Origin: Narcine bancroftii
Lineage: Eukaryota
Direction: 5' to 3'
Assembly (NCBI RefSeq): GCF_036971445.1
Contig: NC_091477.1
Span: 89,404,001-89,468,000, forward strand
DNA length: 64,000 bases
The notes beneath the pieces were generated by a model. That model had not been told where the DNA came from and searched no databases. It was given only the letters and a program-made list of their open reading frames with translations. Below are positions 1-13,026 of the stretch, in pieces. Made by a program: the position numbers and the translations under genes. Each line of letters begins with the position of its first letter. The first letter of the stretch is position 1.

Positions 1-594
1 AATTTGTAATGAACTAATTGCCTCTTTCACCTAGTTGTGTAAAGTTAGCACTTAATTCTGTTTGTTCCACTATACTCAATCTAGGTAAATGTATCTGAGA
101 TTAATATCTATTTTCTTATCTATTAAAGACTCTGACTTATATAATTTAGAATAAAATTTCTTAAAGGATTTGTTAATTTCTTGAGATATATAACTAACGA
201 CATTCAAATAATTTTTAATTACATTAATTGTTCTTAATACCTATTTTACTCTCAATTGCCATGTAAGTACTTTGTGAACATTCACGTAGCTCATAATGCC
301 TCTTTTCTGTTCTATTAGTTTGTAATGTATTATATTGAAGCTATTAATTAATTGTCAACGTTTATCCTCAGAGCTTCTCTTTTAAATATCTTTTTCCAAA
401 ACCGTTATTTCTTGTTCTAATTGGTCCACCTCTTTCATATATTCCTTCTTGATTTTAGAGGTAAAACTGAAAATTTGACTTCTCATATATGCTTTCAAAG
501 CATCTCATATTACAAATTTATCATTCATGGAATTCAAGTTTACATCACAGAATAACTATTTGTTCTTTAATAAAATCTCAAAAATCTATTTTTT

Positions 595-673
595 TTGGTT
601 CGGTGCGGACTAGAAGTGCCTAATGGCCTGTTTCCGTGCTGTAAATTGTTATGTTATGTTATATGTTATGTTA
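595..673 (+). mobile_element. Very short CR1-type LINE 3' tail inserted in the L1
   Basis: TTGGTTCGGTGCGGACTAG...GGCCTGTTTCCGTGCTGTAA plus a (TGTTA)n tail; same tail as the element at 56575-57370 (reverse complement). Confidence 0.75.
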
Positions 674-799
674 CAATCATTAATAAAAGCGAATGTTCAG
701 ATCAAATTCTCACTTTCTATTCTGCATCTAATATCCTCCTTGTAACTGTGCTGAAATTAAAAACAAATCAATTCTGGAGTAAGAATCATGTCTATTTGA

Positions 800-1225
800 A
801 TAAAGAAAGGTTGGATAGACTAGGCTTGTATTCTCTTGAATTTAGAAGATTGAGAGGGGAATCTTATAGAAACATATAAAATTTTTAAAGGCTTAGACAG
901 GCAAGACGCAGGAAGGTTGTTTCCAATGCTGGGAAAAACTAGAACCAGAGGTCACAGTTTAAGGATAAGGGGAAAAATTTTTTTGGACTGAGATAAGGAA
1001 ACATTTCTTCTCTCAGAGAGTGGTGGATTTGTGGAATTCTTTGCCACAGGAAGTGGTTGAGGCCGGTTCCTTGTCAATATTTAAGAGTATGGTAGATTTG
1101 GCCCTTGTGGCTAAGGGGATCAGGGGGTGTGGGGAGAAGGCAGGAACCAGGTACTGATCATACTGAATGGCGGAGTAAGCTTGAAGGGCCAAATGGCCTA
1201 CTCCTGCACCTATTTTCTATGTTGC
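800..1225 (+). mobile_element. CR1 LINE 3' fragment inserted in the L1
   Basis: ERLDRLGLYSLEFRRLRG (CR1 ORF2 C-terminus) followed by the typical 3'UTR ...AATGGCCTACTCCTGCACCTATTTTCTATG. Confidence 0.85.
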
Positions 1226-1642
1226 TTTGTTTTTTGCTGCTTTAGCTCTTGACATTCCTCTCGCAGTTCTATCTAAATTTGGATCCATACAGAAATTAAA
1301 ATCTGTTAAAATGTTTTCATGTCTCTCTGCTAAATTCAAAATTTATAAATTTTTTCATCATCCATATTTGGTGCATAGAAAATTAAAAGAGCCCATAGTT
1401 CGAATATATTTGGCAATGTATATTTGGCAATCTATATCTCTCTGCAGGATCAGTTACTACATTTTGTATTTTAATTGGTAGATTTTTTCTCACCAAAATT
1501 CCCACTTCTCTTGCCTTGGAGTTGAACGAAGAAGCTGCTATATATCCAACTCAATCTCTCTTTAACTTCAAATGTTCTTTCTCAATTAAATGTTTCTTGG
1601 AAAAAAAAGCTAGGCCTACTCCCATGTTATTAATAATGTGCG

Positions 1643-2024
1643 TGTGGCGGCCCACCGCTGCAGCGATCAAACCAGCGCTCTGGGAAGTGAGTGCACCTAA
1701 AATGCCAGCAGACCGCGAAGCAGCATTGACCCTAACAAGTGAACCGGTGGACAAATGGCAAGGGCAGCTTAAGGGCCAGTGATCCCAAAATGGCGTTGGC
1801 TCCGCTGCACAGCCAGCTAACAGATAGGGACAGCGTGCGGGGAAGAAGGGATTGTCACATAAGAGGGTACCCACACGCGGGAAACCTGCTTTATTTTATG
1901 TGGATTGTTGCATCAGTAAAAAGGTGAAAACATTGGGAATGCGGTAAGTATAAAAGTCAAGCCTGAGAGTGCAACCTGACTGCACTCGTGCGCATGTCTT
2001 TCTTTCGAGTAGAATACGGCTACA
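1643..2024 (+). repeat. 5' LTR of Gypsy element 1
   Basis: TGTGGCGG...GGCTACA; direct repeat of 5716-6113 with many substitutions. Confidence 0.88.
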
Positions 2025-2026
2025 AT

Positions 2027-2040
2027 TGGTGACCCTGATG
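2027..2040 (+). other. Primer-binding site complementary to tRNA-Trp
   Basis: TGGTGACCCTGATG, 2 nt after the LTR, compared with the canonical tRNA-Trp PBS TGGTGACCCCGACG. Both mismatches are CpG-type C>T changes. Confidence 0.8.
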
Positions 2041-5000
2041 GTTTAGACGGCATCTAAACCCAATGATGAGCAAGCCAGCAGCAGACCACACAATAGCTCT
2101 CAAGCTGCTGACCTTCTAGATGAATCAGCCATGTGTGTGGTTTGACCAGACTGAGACAGTTTCCGATCCGGCATTTCACAGCAGAGTCCACCCGGTACTA
2201 CCATGTGATGAGCGCCCTGGACCAGGCCATGGTGACCCAGGTGGCCAACTTCATCCAGGAGCCCCCATCAGAAGGCACATACATTGCCTTCAAGGACTTG
2301 CTAATCAAGATCTTGGGGCTCTCACGGCGTGAGAGGGGGGCACGCCTGCTCCACCTGGATGTACTAGGGGACAGGCCCCCATCAACTCTTATGAATGAGA
2401 GGTTGGCCCTCCTGGGCAAATATGAGCCCTGCATTATGTTTCAGCAGGCTTTCCTGGGGCAACTGCCTGAGGACATCCAATTTCTCCTGGCAGATGCTGA
2501 CTTCAGCGACCATTGGAAAGTCACAGCAAGAGCAGATGTTCTGTGAAAACAGAAGAGAGAGAGCTCAGCATCCATGGGGCTCGTCGCTAAACCCCGCAGC
2601 CAGACCTGAGCAGACCTGTCGAAGGAACAGCAGCCCCACAGAGGAAGCGATCCCAATGATCAGTGGTGCTTCTACCACCAGAGATGGGGTTCCAGAGCCT
2701 GCCATACATGTCCCAGGGAAATGCTGGGGCCAGCCATCGCCAATGGCCATGACAGCTGCCCAACAAGATGGCCTCCTGTATGTTTGGGATCACCAGTCTG
2801 GACGGCATTTCCTTGTGGATACAGGAGCAGAGGTCAGAGTCCTGCCCCAGTCAGAACTGGACACCAGGAACAGGCAGTTGGGCCCCACTGAGGGCCATCA
2901 ACAACAGCACGATCTAGACCTATAGTACCTGCAAGGTCCATCTGCAGTTGGGAGGCGGCCTTTTCCTGTGGGTGTTCACGCTGGCTGCAGTGGAACAGCT
3001 GCTCCTTGGGGCAGACTTCATAAGTGCCCATAGCCTGCTCATGGACCTAAAGGATCAGAGACTGGTCCATGCCAGGACTTTACAAACCCCTTCAAAGATG
3101 CCAAGCTTGCAGCACTCCACCTGGATACCGTGCAGCAATCCACAGATGAATACGTCAAGGTCCTGGCTGAGTTCCTGGCAGTGCTCACCCCCCAATTCAC
3201 CATTACAATGTCCCAGTATGGAGTACAGCACCATATCCTGACCCAGGGCCCACCGCTCCACGCACATGCAAGAGGACTCCCTCCAGAGAAGGTCCAGCTG
3301 GAGAAGGAGGAATTCAAGAAACTGGAAGAACTCGGCATCGTAAGGTGGTCAGACAGCCCATGGGCTTCCTGCATATGGTGGCCAAAACCACTGGGGGTTG
3401 GAGACCATATGGCGGCTTCTGTCAGCTCAACGAGGCCACAACACCAGATCGCTACCCTCTGCCGCACATCCAGGACATTGCAGCTAACCTGCATGGGGAA
3501 AAGATCTTTTCCAAAGTGGACTTCGTGCAGGGGTATCATCAGATCCTGGTTCACCCTGATGATATCCCCAAGACTGCCATCATCACCCTGCTCAGCCTGT
3601 TCAAATTCCTACGAGTGCCATTTGGGTTGAAGAATGACGCACTGACCTTCCAACAACTAATGGACACAGTGGGCCGAGACCTGGTCGGCACCTTCATCTA
3701 CCTGGACGACCCGTGGTGAGCAGGAACTGACAAGAATACTTAACGCACCTCCACAACCCAGCTGAGCGAGTTTGGACTGACAATCAACTCAGCCAAATGC
3801 CAGTTTGGGGTGGAGGCCTTCGACTTCCTGGGCCATAGGATAACCAGGGAAGGAGCCACACCACTACCCAGCAAGGTGGAGGCCATCCGAAAGTTTCCTA
3901 GGCCCAGCACGACCAGGGAACTACAGGAGTTCGTGGAGATGATCATCTTCTACCGCAGGTTCACTCCCTCGGCTGCCCGGATCATGCAGCCCTTATTCAC
4001 CCAGATGGCAGGCAAGGAGAAGGACATCACATGGGACAAGGAGTCAGCGGAGGCCTTTGTGAAGGCCAAGGAAGCGCTGGCAGGTGCCGCTGCTCTGGCA
4101 CATCCCAGGGCAGACTCTCCAACGACCCTGAAAGTGGATGCCTCCGGATCATCGGCGGAGTTCTGGAGCAGCAGATCGAAGGAAGTTGGCAACCGCTGGC
4201 CATATCCACCAAACATCTGTGGCTCTGGAACTGAAGTACAGCACTTTCAACAGAGAGCTAATGATGCTGTACTTGGCTATCTGCCACTTCAGATACTTCC
4301 TCGAGGGAAGGTCTTTTAGAGCCTTCACAGACCACAAGCCCCTGACCTTTGTCTTGGCCAAGAGCTTAGACTCCTGGTCAGCCTGCCAGCAGCGTCACTA
4401 TCTTGCATCTCGAAATACTTCACAGATGTAAGGACAAGGTGGTGGCCAATGCACTGTCCAGACAGAGTTTCCACGCGCTATCAAGGGGAGTGGATTTTGT
4501 ACCGCTGACAGAAGCTCAGCAAGACGAAAAGAAGATGCCCCAATACAGGATAGCCATATTGGGACTGCAGCTCCAGGACATTCCTGTTGGCACAGGTAAT
4601 ATCACCACCCATTGGCCAAGTCAGACCTATTGTCCCAGTGGCTTGGAGACAGCAGGTTTCCGATTCCGTCCATGGGCGGCTCACCCATCCATTAGGACCA
4701 CGGTCCGGCTGGTGGCGAGCAAATGTGTGGCATAGATTGCAAAAACAGTGGGCAAAGGCATGCATGCAGTGCCAAACAGCAAAGATACAGTGGCATATCA
4801 TGACCTCACTGAAGCACTTTGAGCCCGCAGAGCAAAGGTTCGACCACATCCGCATGGACATAGTAGTCCCAGTATCCCAGGGTTTCCGCTACCTGTTCAC
4901 TATGGTCGACCGCTTCACCAGGTGGCTGGAAGCAGTCCCACTGGCAGACATATCCACAGTATGGCTCTCACCATACTGGGTGGCATGTTTCGGGTTACCA

Positions 5001-5715
5001 TCCCACATCACATTGGACAGTGTGGCCCAGTTCACCTCTGGCCTTTGGTCCAACCTTGCCAGCCTGTGGGGTGCCCAGCTGCACCACACAATGGCCTACC
5101 ATCCACAGTCAAATGGGCTGGTGAGCGCTTCCTGAAGACTGCACTCATGACCAGATTCCAAGAACCTAACTGGGTGGATGAGCTACCACGGGCACTGTTG
5201 GGTATCTACACGGCACCAAAGGAGGACCTCAACACCTCATCAGCTGAGCTTGTCTACGGAGCTCCACTGGAAGTCTCGGGAGAATTCATAACATCTCCAG
5301 GCAGGCAGCAGGAAAACGCAGCAGCTCTCCTCTGCAAACTAAGGGAAAGAGTCAGCAATTTGGCCACAACTCCACCTTCCAGGTACGAACACACGAGGAC
5401 CAAGATACCCAAGGACCTACAAGACTGTGAGTGTGCTTTCATTCACGGGGGGGGTCTGCGTCTTCCACCATTGCAGAGACCTTACAAAGTCCCGTTTGGG
5501 GTCATACGTAACAATGGAGCCACGTTCGAGTTGGAGGTCAGAAGAAAGAGGGAAATTTTCACCATGGTCAGACTAAAGCCAGCACACTTGGACCCAGCAT
5601 ACCCAGTTGAGACACCAACATCACGCAAAAGAGGCAGGCCACTGAAGCCTGTGGAGGCTATGTCTCCAGGCACCAAGGACAATACCGCTGGTTCTGGGGG
5701 TGTGGAGGGGGGTCA

Positions 5716-6113
5716 CATGGCAGCCTTCCTCTGCAGCAATCAAACCGGCGCTCTGGGCAGCAAGCGCACCTAAAAGCCAGCAGACCGTGCAGTGGCACTG
5801 TCCCTAGCGAGTGAACTGGAGGACAAACAGCAAGGGCAGCTTAAGGGCCAGTGACCCCAAAATGGCACTGGCCCCACTGCACAGCCAGCCAACAGACAGG
5901 GATAGTGTGCAGGGAAGAAGGGATTGTCATGCAAGAGGGTACCTGCGCATGGGAAACCTGCTTTTGTTATGCGGATTTTTACGTCAGTAAAAAGGGGGAA
6001 ACAGCGGGAGCGCGAGAGGTGTAAAAGTCAGGCCTGAACCCCCAGTAAAACACCAGAGCTTAACCTGACTGCACTCATGTATGTGGCTTTCTTTCAAGTA
6101 GCACATGGCTGCA
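5716..6113 (+). repeat. 3' LTR of Gypsy element 1
   Basis: Aligns with 1643-2024; ends GGCTGCA. Confidence 0.88.
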
Positions 6114-8389
6114 TGCTAATGCTCTTTCTTTTCACCGATCCATTTAACCCATTAACATTAAAATTTAAAGATTTCACTGTTATTCATTTTAATAAATTAC
6201 TCCTTCCTCTGCCTGTGACTCTTCTTCCCTCAACACTTTTATTCAATATCCAACATAATGGTGTGCACTTCCATCGGCAATGCAGATAGAGAACAGATTT
6301 GATTCTAAAGCGTACAGTACCACATTTATAACTATATATAAACATTTCCCCCCTCCCCCCACCCCCCCCGGAGGTGTTGGTTAAATAATACCCAAAACTA
6401 ACTCCCTCTATTTTATGGGTTGCAACCAAGGTCACAGTTACCCACATGATACAGATGGAGTTAGAAACGCATCTCCTCTCCAACCCTGGGGTATATTAAT
6501 CTTTAGTCATTTAATACAGATGTTAAAAAAATTAAAAAGAAAAAATGTTAAAGTTTTCAAAAATCAACAAGAAGAAAAATATGTAAACAGTGTTCTAGAT
6601 TATTCAATCCTGCGTGAACTGCCAGGCAATGTTAGCCCATCAAAGCATATTAATAAGAGCTGTTCTGCTGATCCTTTATTCCACCTGAGCCCTTGGAAGA
6701 TTTTATTCAAATTCTTCTGTTTGGACAAAGCTCAAAAATAACTTGCTTTCACCTCCAGTCAAGAAAATCTTCTAATTTACAGGGTGATGCAATACAAATC
6801 AAAATACTTTTTTCTTAACAGAGTTAAATTCTCTTTTTAATAAATCGGCACTTATATCAGGGTGAAATGAAAACTTTACCCCCAACATACTCAAGTGGGG
6901 CTTTCCTTGTTCTTGCCTCTTCTGCCGCCAGAATCAAAACCTTCTCTCTGTCTTGATATCAAAGAAATTTAATTAGCACAGAGCATGGGTTCTGAATTGG
7001 AAGCAGCTTTGGTCTAAGAGTTCTGTGTGCTCTTTCAATCTCGGGCGATTTGCCCCAATACTTCAGGTATCCATTTCATAAAAAGCCAATTGGGTCTTGT
7101 TCTCCCACTCCTTTTAAAGTCCCACTATTTTGATGTTGTTTCTTTGGCTAAAATTCTCCAATACGTTCAATTTTTGCTGAACCTTCAGATTTTCCATAGT
7201 TAGAGCAGTAATGGAATCTTCTACTCTAGTGACTCTATCATCCATATACTGCATTTCTCCCTGCACTTCCTTCATTTTCCCATCTAATTTATCAATTTTT
7301 TTCTTCAGTTTGTTAACAACATTCAGAACTTTATTTATTTCTCTTTTTGCTTCTCTTCTCATTTCATTATATTCTTTTATTAATCAATGCTGGTTATATC
7401 TTTTACTGTACGTTTACCTTTTGAAGTTTTAACTTCTTTCAGTACCTCCTTCTAGTTGCTGATCTTCCTCTTCTTCATCTTCCTCTTCACTGCTGGTCCA
7501 TTGCAAGTCCGACCTTTCTTCTTCCTCGGATGTTTCTGAAGGCCCCGGCTTTTTGCGCATCCGCGATGCGCTTCCGGACTCTTCTTTGACGCTATCTTTT
7601 TGTCGCTGCAGGAGAGCGATGTTCGCGGAAATTCGCTCGCCAACATCACTCGCCTAGGGAATAGCTTGGACGCTAACTCCCTGCTTCTGACATGCGGTAG
7701 GCCTCAGATCTCTTTTGATCTTTTCATATCGGCTATGGCAGCAGCTGCTTTATCTTTCTTTGGAGGCATTTTTAAAAGTATTGTAGCATTTAAATGTAGT
7801 TTAAAAGTTTTTATTAGTTTAAAATATTTTTTATTCGGCACTTTTTAAATAATTTACAAGGTGGCCCAGGATCCTACGTCCTAACCCAATGGCATCACGT
7901 TATTCCCCGATTCTATACTATAAGAATTTGTGCTATATAGTTGGTAGTTCTGCGGCTCTGTGAAAAGAATGGAATATAATGAAATGCCCAAGTTTATTTC
8001 TAGTCAATTAAAATATATATTCATGTTGTCTCTGTATAAGTTTCTATTATAGTTATCAGTCATTTCAATTTGAGATCTCACAGTACTGTTTTTTAAATCA
8101 TACCATAAATTAAAAAATACAATATTGACCAGTGCAGCAGTCAATACACTTAGAAGCTACAATTGCTCTATCATTTCTGTGGGATAACTATTGTAAATCT
8201 GTGTGTCATTATCAAGGATATAAATATGAATGCTGGCTGTTGATAGTTTACAGTTACATTCATAAATGCAGGATTCATGTCTGAGGTCTAAATTCACTCA
8301 ATTATACAACTGATTTGCCTTTGTCTTCATCTATTTGATGGACACTAGAATTTTTCCACATCAGCAAGCTCCTTTCACAAACCATCAAA

Positions 8390-8733
8390 AGGTCACGCCC
8401 GCCTCAAAACAGCTCTGTTTCCCTACGTGACTACAGTATAATTGGCTGATTGTGTTCTGGTGATTGACTCAACCCTTCACCTCCCCCATCGTCGTCCCAG
8501 ATAGATGCTGGCTCCCTGAAGAGAGTTATTGCGATCCACTCTGCTCCTCACATGCGAAGGCAGAGCCATTACCCAGGTTGCAGCTGTAGCAGAAGCATCC
8601 ATTTTTGTCTAATACAGCTTCGTGCCTTGCAGGGATTGGCATTTATCCTCCCAGATGCTTTAAATCTGAATTGTGTACGACAGCTCTTAATTCTTTTAGT
8701 CAATCGTGGCAGCTTTTTATATCATGCGCTGAG
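8390..8733 (+). promoter_or_regulatory. Putative promoter/5'UTR of the SCHIP1a-type first exon
   Basis: Non-repetitive region directly upstream of ATG 8734 with TACGTG (8424-8429), inverted CCAAT (ATTGG 8441-8445) and an AP-1 site TGACTCA (8465-8471). The TSS is unknown. Confidence 0.45.
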
Positions 8734-8763
8734 ATGGTACACCAGGAGAACTGTGCTTATCAG
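8734..8763 (+). CDS. SCHIP1: SCHIP1 alternative first coding exon (SCHIP1a-type N-terminus MVHQENCAYQ)
   Basis: ATG GTA CAC CAG GAG AAC TGT GCT TAT CAG is followed by the donor gtaaag (phase 0). It matches the mammalian SCHIP1a N-terminus MVHQENCSYQ as I recall it and splices in frame to the exon at 54761. Confidence 0.9.
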
Positions 8764-11700
8764 GTAAAGATGTCTGATGCTTAGAGGGGTGCACTTGAAG
8801 GCTTCCTCGCTTGTTTTCTGTCTAGCAGCAGGTTGCTGAATTCTATTTTAAGCTTGATTTTTAAATTTTGTGTGTAGAGAGTAAACAATGATTGAATGTT
8901 CTTTATACTAAAAATTTGGATTAAATTTTAATGAAAAAGTGTAAAGCTTACACTGCTGTGTGCATTTTACTGCAGAATTTATTGTGCGTATATGTGGGAG
9001 GGGAGGAGAAAAGACAGAAGAATCAATTACTGAGTCAAGAGTAGGTAAATCCATCAGATTAAGTCATTGTTATGGATCAATACATGCAGTATCACAAAAC
9101 ATCAAAATTGATATTTTACTTGTTTAATTACAAAAAAGCATTTGGGACAGTCGGATAGATCGCCCAGCATCAATTAAAGTTTTATCCTGGTATTCTTTTC
9201 CTGTAACTAATGAGTTCATGTCCTTAGTGAATTCAAACTATGACAGAGCTTGTAACATTTCCTTGTAATTCTAAAGCTGTTATCTCTTGTAAAATGGTTG
9301 TAGCTCTGTGAGTATTTATATAATTGGGGATCTTCCTATTTAAAAATGATTCCTAAATTAAGTTTTCATGAAATTAAATTTGGATTGCTTTTAGCGATGC
9401 AATGACAAATCTTAAGATAATTTCAGTTTATGAATAACCAAACAGTTTCAAAGATAAATTAAAACTAACTGGATACACAGAAGACCATGCCCCCAAAAGG
9501 ATACTCACTGTTCAATGGCTCAAATTCTTTTGAGGATGGTGTCAGTGATCCGTCTGGGGGGGGGCAGCAGATATTTACAGCAGATCTGTAGATTAGGACC
9601 ATCATCCAATTCAAAAGCAAAACATGATGCTCCAAATTTGCAAATGACCAGGGAAAAAGTAAATTAATTTTGCTGGAGCATTTTTCATAGTTTCATCTGT
9701 TCTAAGAATGTATTGAAATCTATTGCAGCAAATGCTCAAATAATTTTAAGGAAAACAGCAAGACTTGATATTTAAACAATAGGATACGGAATACCCACTG
9801 TACATTGCCTATCATATTTGGATTTCATGACAGAGTTGGAAGGGGAATGAATATTCAATGTTCCTTGACCTTTCAGGGTTAGTATGACAGGGAGTGAGTG
9901 CAGCATCAGAAACAAGTAATAAGGAATCACTGATCAGATATTTAGAAAACAAATGTAACCATATACATTGATTGGGATGTAGGGATATGATTGAAACTGG
10001 GTTTAAGAAGACTTTAAATGTGTTATTTGTAAATAATTTATTGCAAATAAAGTCTGTTTTTGGAGAAAAAAAATCAGATATCCATGAGGAAATCAAAATT
10101 AAAGTTTTGTATTTAGCTGATGGCATAAAAAGAATGGCCTAGAGATTCAGTTGCAAAGAGATTAATGTGTTCCGAAGAAGGACATGCTGAACAGAAAGTG
10201 TATGACCTTTACAAATTGAGATGTGCTGTCTACCGAAAGATAAATCGGTCCTGTCCACATCTGAAATGGGCATTAGGACTAGAACGTAAGCAAGTGTTTT
10301 TTTTCTCCCCCCCCCCCCCCCCCATCCCCCCTGTTATTACTCAATGGAGTTCCTACTGAAACTCAATTGGCCCTGAAACAAGAATTTATGATTTCTCTCA
10401 GAATTTATTGCTCAACTAAATCATTAATTGGGTTTGCTTGCAAATTGATGACCATATTACAAGTCTCCCTTTACTTCAGAAGTAGTTAATCAGTTGTAAA
10501 AAAAAAATATTCTAGACACTGAATTTGTGAGTGGCCTATGTAAGTGTGGACTCTTATTTTTGTAATAATTTCTCATAGTTTTGGTTCTTAATAAAGGAGA
10601 TTCAAATTAAGCCACCAAGTACATTCTATAATAAAAGATGCCTGCCCCACAGCCCCATGCCTCTGCATTTGTGCATGCCATTATTTTTATACAATTTGCA
10701 TTTGAAATAACCAAACATTTTTAGGATACAACTTTATTTAATTGACTTCTGGTACTGGCACTTGAAAGTGGGAATTAACTGGCAATTTACTGGGTCACTT
10801 GCCAGTGTGAACACTCCCAACTTGGTATGGGGGTCCAAATCGACTCGAAAATTAATCGCCTAGGGAGGTAGTATCAAAGCCGATCTGTTTCGAATTGGCC
10901 TACCGGGTTGCCCAATGTGAATGGGCGACCTGGTATACCGGGTCCCATTAGTGACGCGCTGATGATGTTTTTGCATGCATGGGAGGTTTTTAAAAAGACA
11001 GGAAATAGAAAGAGCAAAAAATGTTTTTTTACACAGCATCTGCATGATTTTTCTGTTATGAAGAGCCTTCGATGTGCTGGCATTGGTCATTCACATTGAA
11101 ATGAACAAAGCCGGAATTTTTCCCAGTCAATGCGTCTTTTTACACAGCAAGACATATATAACAGCATGTTAGACCCACTTGTTTTTCCCAAAAAATGGTT
11201 TAAGAATATTCCCCTCGGTCTTGTATGCCGGGTTGAAATCAGGGTGATAATGGTGAGTAATGCTGCCAGTCCCTGCACTGGTCATTGTTATGTTGAGAAA
11301 GTATCAGGTCCATGAGAGATGAGTCTGGACACAAAGGTTTACTATCAAACATTACTTTTATTAACACTCAACAATTAATAGAAGAGTGTGGAAAAATCAT
11401 AGCAGGAATAAAGCACACACTTGCATAATGTATAAAAGAGCATGGGGATAAAACACAATTTAATAAGACATACGTGCACAGTGTACAAAAGAGCGTGGGA
11501 AAATCTATTGCAAGTATTGATCTATAAACGTGAATTTCAAACTTTTTCTTTCCACTCACATACCACCTTAAGTAATCCCTTACTAATCACCACAACCTAT
11601 CATTGGGGGCTTGTAGTGGGCTGTCAGTGGAGGAGTGGGGCTGTGGGCTTCAAACTGTTCAAAATGAGGACAAGCCCTCAGACCAGTTTGCTCACAATCT

Positions 11701-13026
11701 GGCAGTGTCAAATCTAGGGTTAGCATTAGGGTTTGGATCCAGGTTAGGGTTAGACTTCCTTATGCTTATTTAATCCCGCTACCACTTTCCCATGCTCACT
11801 ATAAACTGTGCGCAGTGTGTGTATGTTATCCCCAATACCATTTTCCCATGCCCATCTTTTGTAAATAAAATCATTTAGTACAAAATTTTTTTCTCACTCA
11901 TAATACCCATACACAACCAGCATGGAGAGTGAAGGGCTGGAGTGAAGTGTGGGTAATCTTCAAGAACAAAACATTCACTGCCTGCGAGTATGTAATACGT
12001 CACTCAGGATGTCACCACTGGAGGTTGGGCTTCCCTTAGCCATGCGATATCTGGTTGGTAATGTGAAAGGGTGGGCAGAACTGTTTTTTCTTGGTCCAGT
12101 ATGAATGTCCCTACTGGTATTTCAAAATGGGTCGTTCACAGGCCAATTTAGCAGGTTGCCAATGGGAAAAGGCCTACAGATTGTCAAGTAATTTTGTATA
12201 CTTCATGTAGGATCTTGCACAACATAACGAAGTAACCAAAATGTTAGATGAGGGTGGGGCTGTTGAGTGGTGCATAGCAAGCTCTCCATCTTTGTATCTT
12301 GAAATGTTGACTGGGACTCTTGTGAATCATTTGGAAGGTGTTTCAGACAGTGGCACACTCGGAATTGTGAGGAATGGCTGCTGTTTGTTGTGTGATGGAC
12401 TAATTTAGGATGGGCAGGAAGCTATTAGATGTCACCAAAAGAGTGGTCACCAATATCAAGAAAGTTTTAGGAAGCTTTCCTAGAAGGAATGGATGAGAGG
12501 TCTAAACTCCGCTTTATGATGCTGAGAATACAGAACATCTTGTCCTCACAAGCAAAGAACTAAAAATGCCCAATATTTATGTACTGACTTTAAGTGCTAT
12601 TAAGTGAGATCAAATTTCTTGCTTTGGCTGAAAGCACTCATTGCAGAATCAATACAGCATGTTTAAGAAAAATATTCCTGACCAATCGCTGACTGTTTCA
12701 GATGCAGAATCCTGCAAGATGTCTACAGATAAGGTTGCAGGCCCAGCAGATGTGATGGTAGGCAGAATTACAGATGTGACAAATTACTGAGTTTCATGTG
12801 CCACCATTTGGGTCTGTGTATCTGTAGGATGAAGCCTAAACTATGTGACAAGCCCTTTCCTCTACAAACTATAAATAGACCTTAGCAATCAGGTATCAGG
12901 TCTCATGCAATCTTAAATCATGGTGGTCAATTTAAAATGAATATAACTGAAGGAGAATCCTAATGTACAAAAATGACACCGCCCAGTATATGGGAGCAAA
13001 AAAAAGGTTTATTGACAGGTGCAAAG

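Larger units (their letters stand above)
1643..6113 (+). mobile_element. Decayed full-length Ty3/Gypsy LTR retrotransposon
   Basis: LTRs at 1643-2024 and 5716-6113. Gag remnant, protease FLVDTGAEV, RT (YPLPHI..KVDFVQGYHQI..YLDD), RNase H (FTDHKPL) and integrase (YLFTMVDRFTRW..YHPQSNG) in Gypsy order. G-rich PPT near 5695-5715. Imperfect 4-bp TSD TGCG/TGCT. Many frameshifts. Confidence 0.92.
1..7900 (-). mobile_element. Decayed L1-clade LINE (ORF1 plus 5' part of ORF2), split by nested insertions
   Basis: ORF1 remnants: start MPPKKDK near 7769 and coiled coil plus LENFSQRNNIKIVGL at 7114-7362. The APE endonuclease N-terminus (LNFNVNGLNG..ALAH, then a QETHL-like motif, HLKLKRD, SSFNSKAR) is split across the Gypsy insertion. 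FKKFYSKLYKSES lies near 130-166. Many stops and frameshifts; runs off the left edge. Confidence 0.85.
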
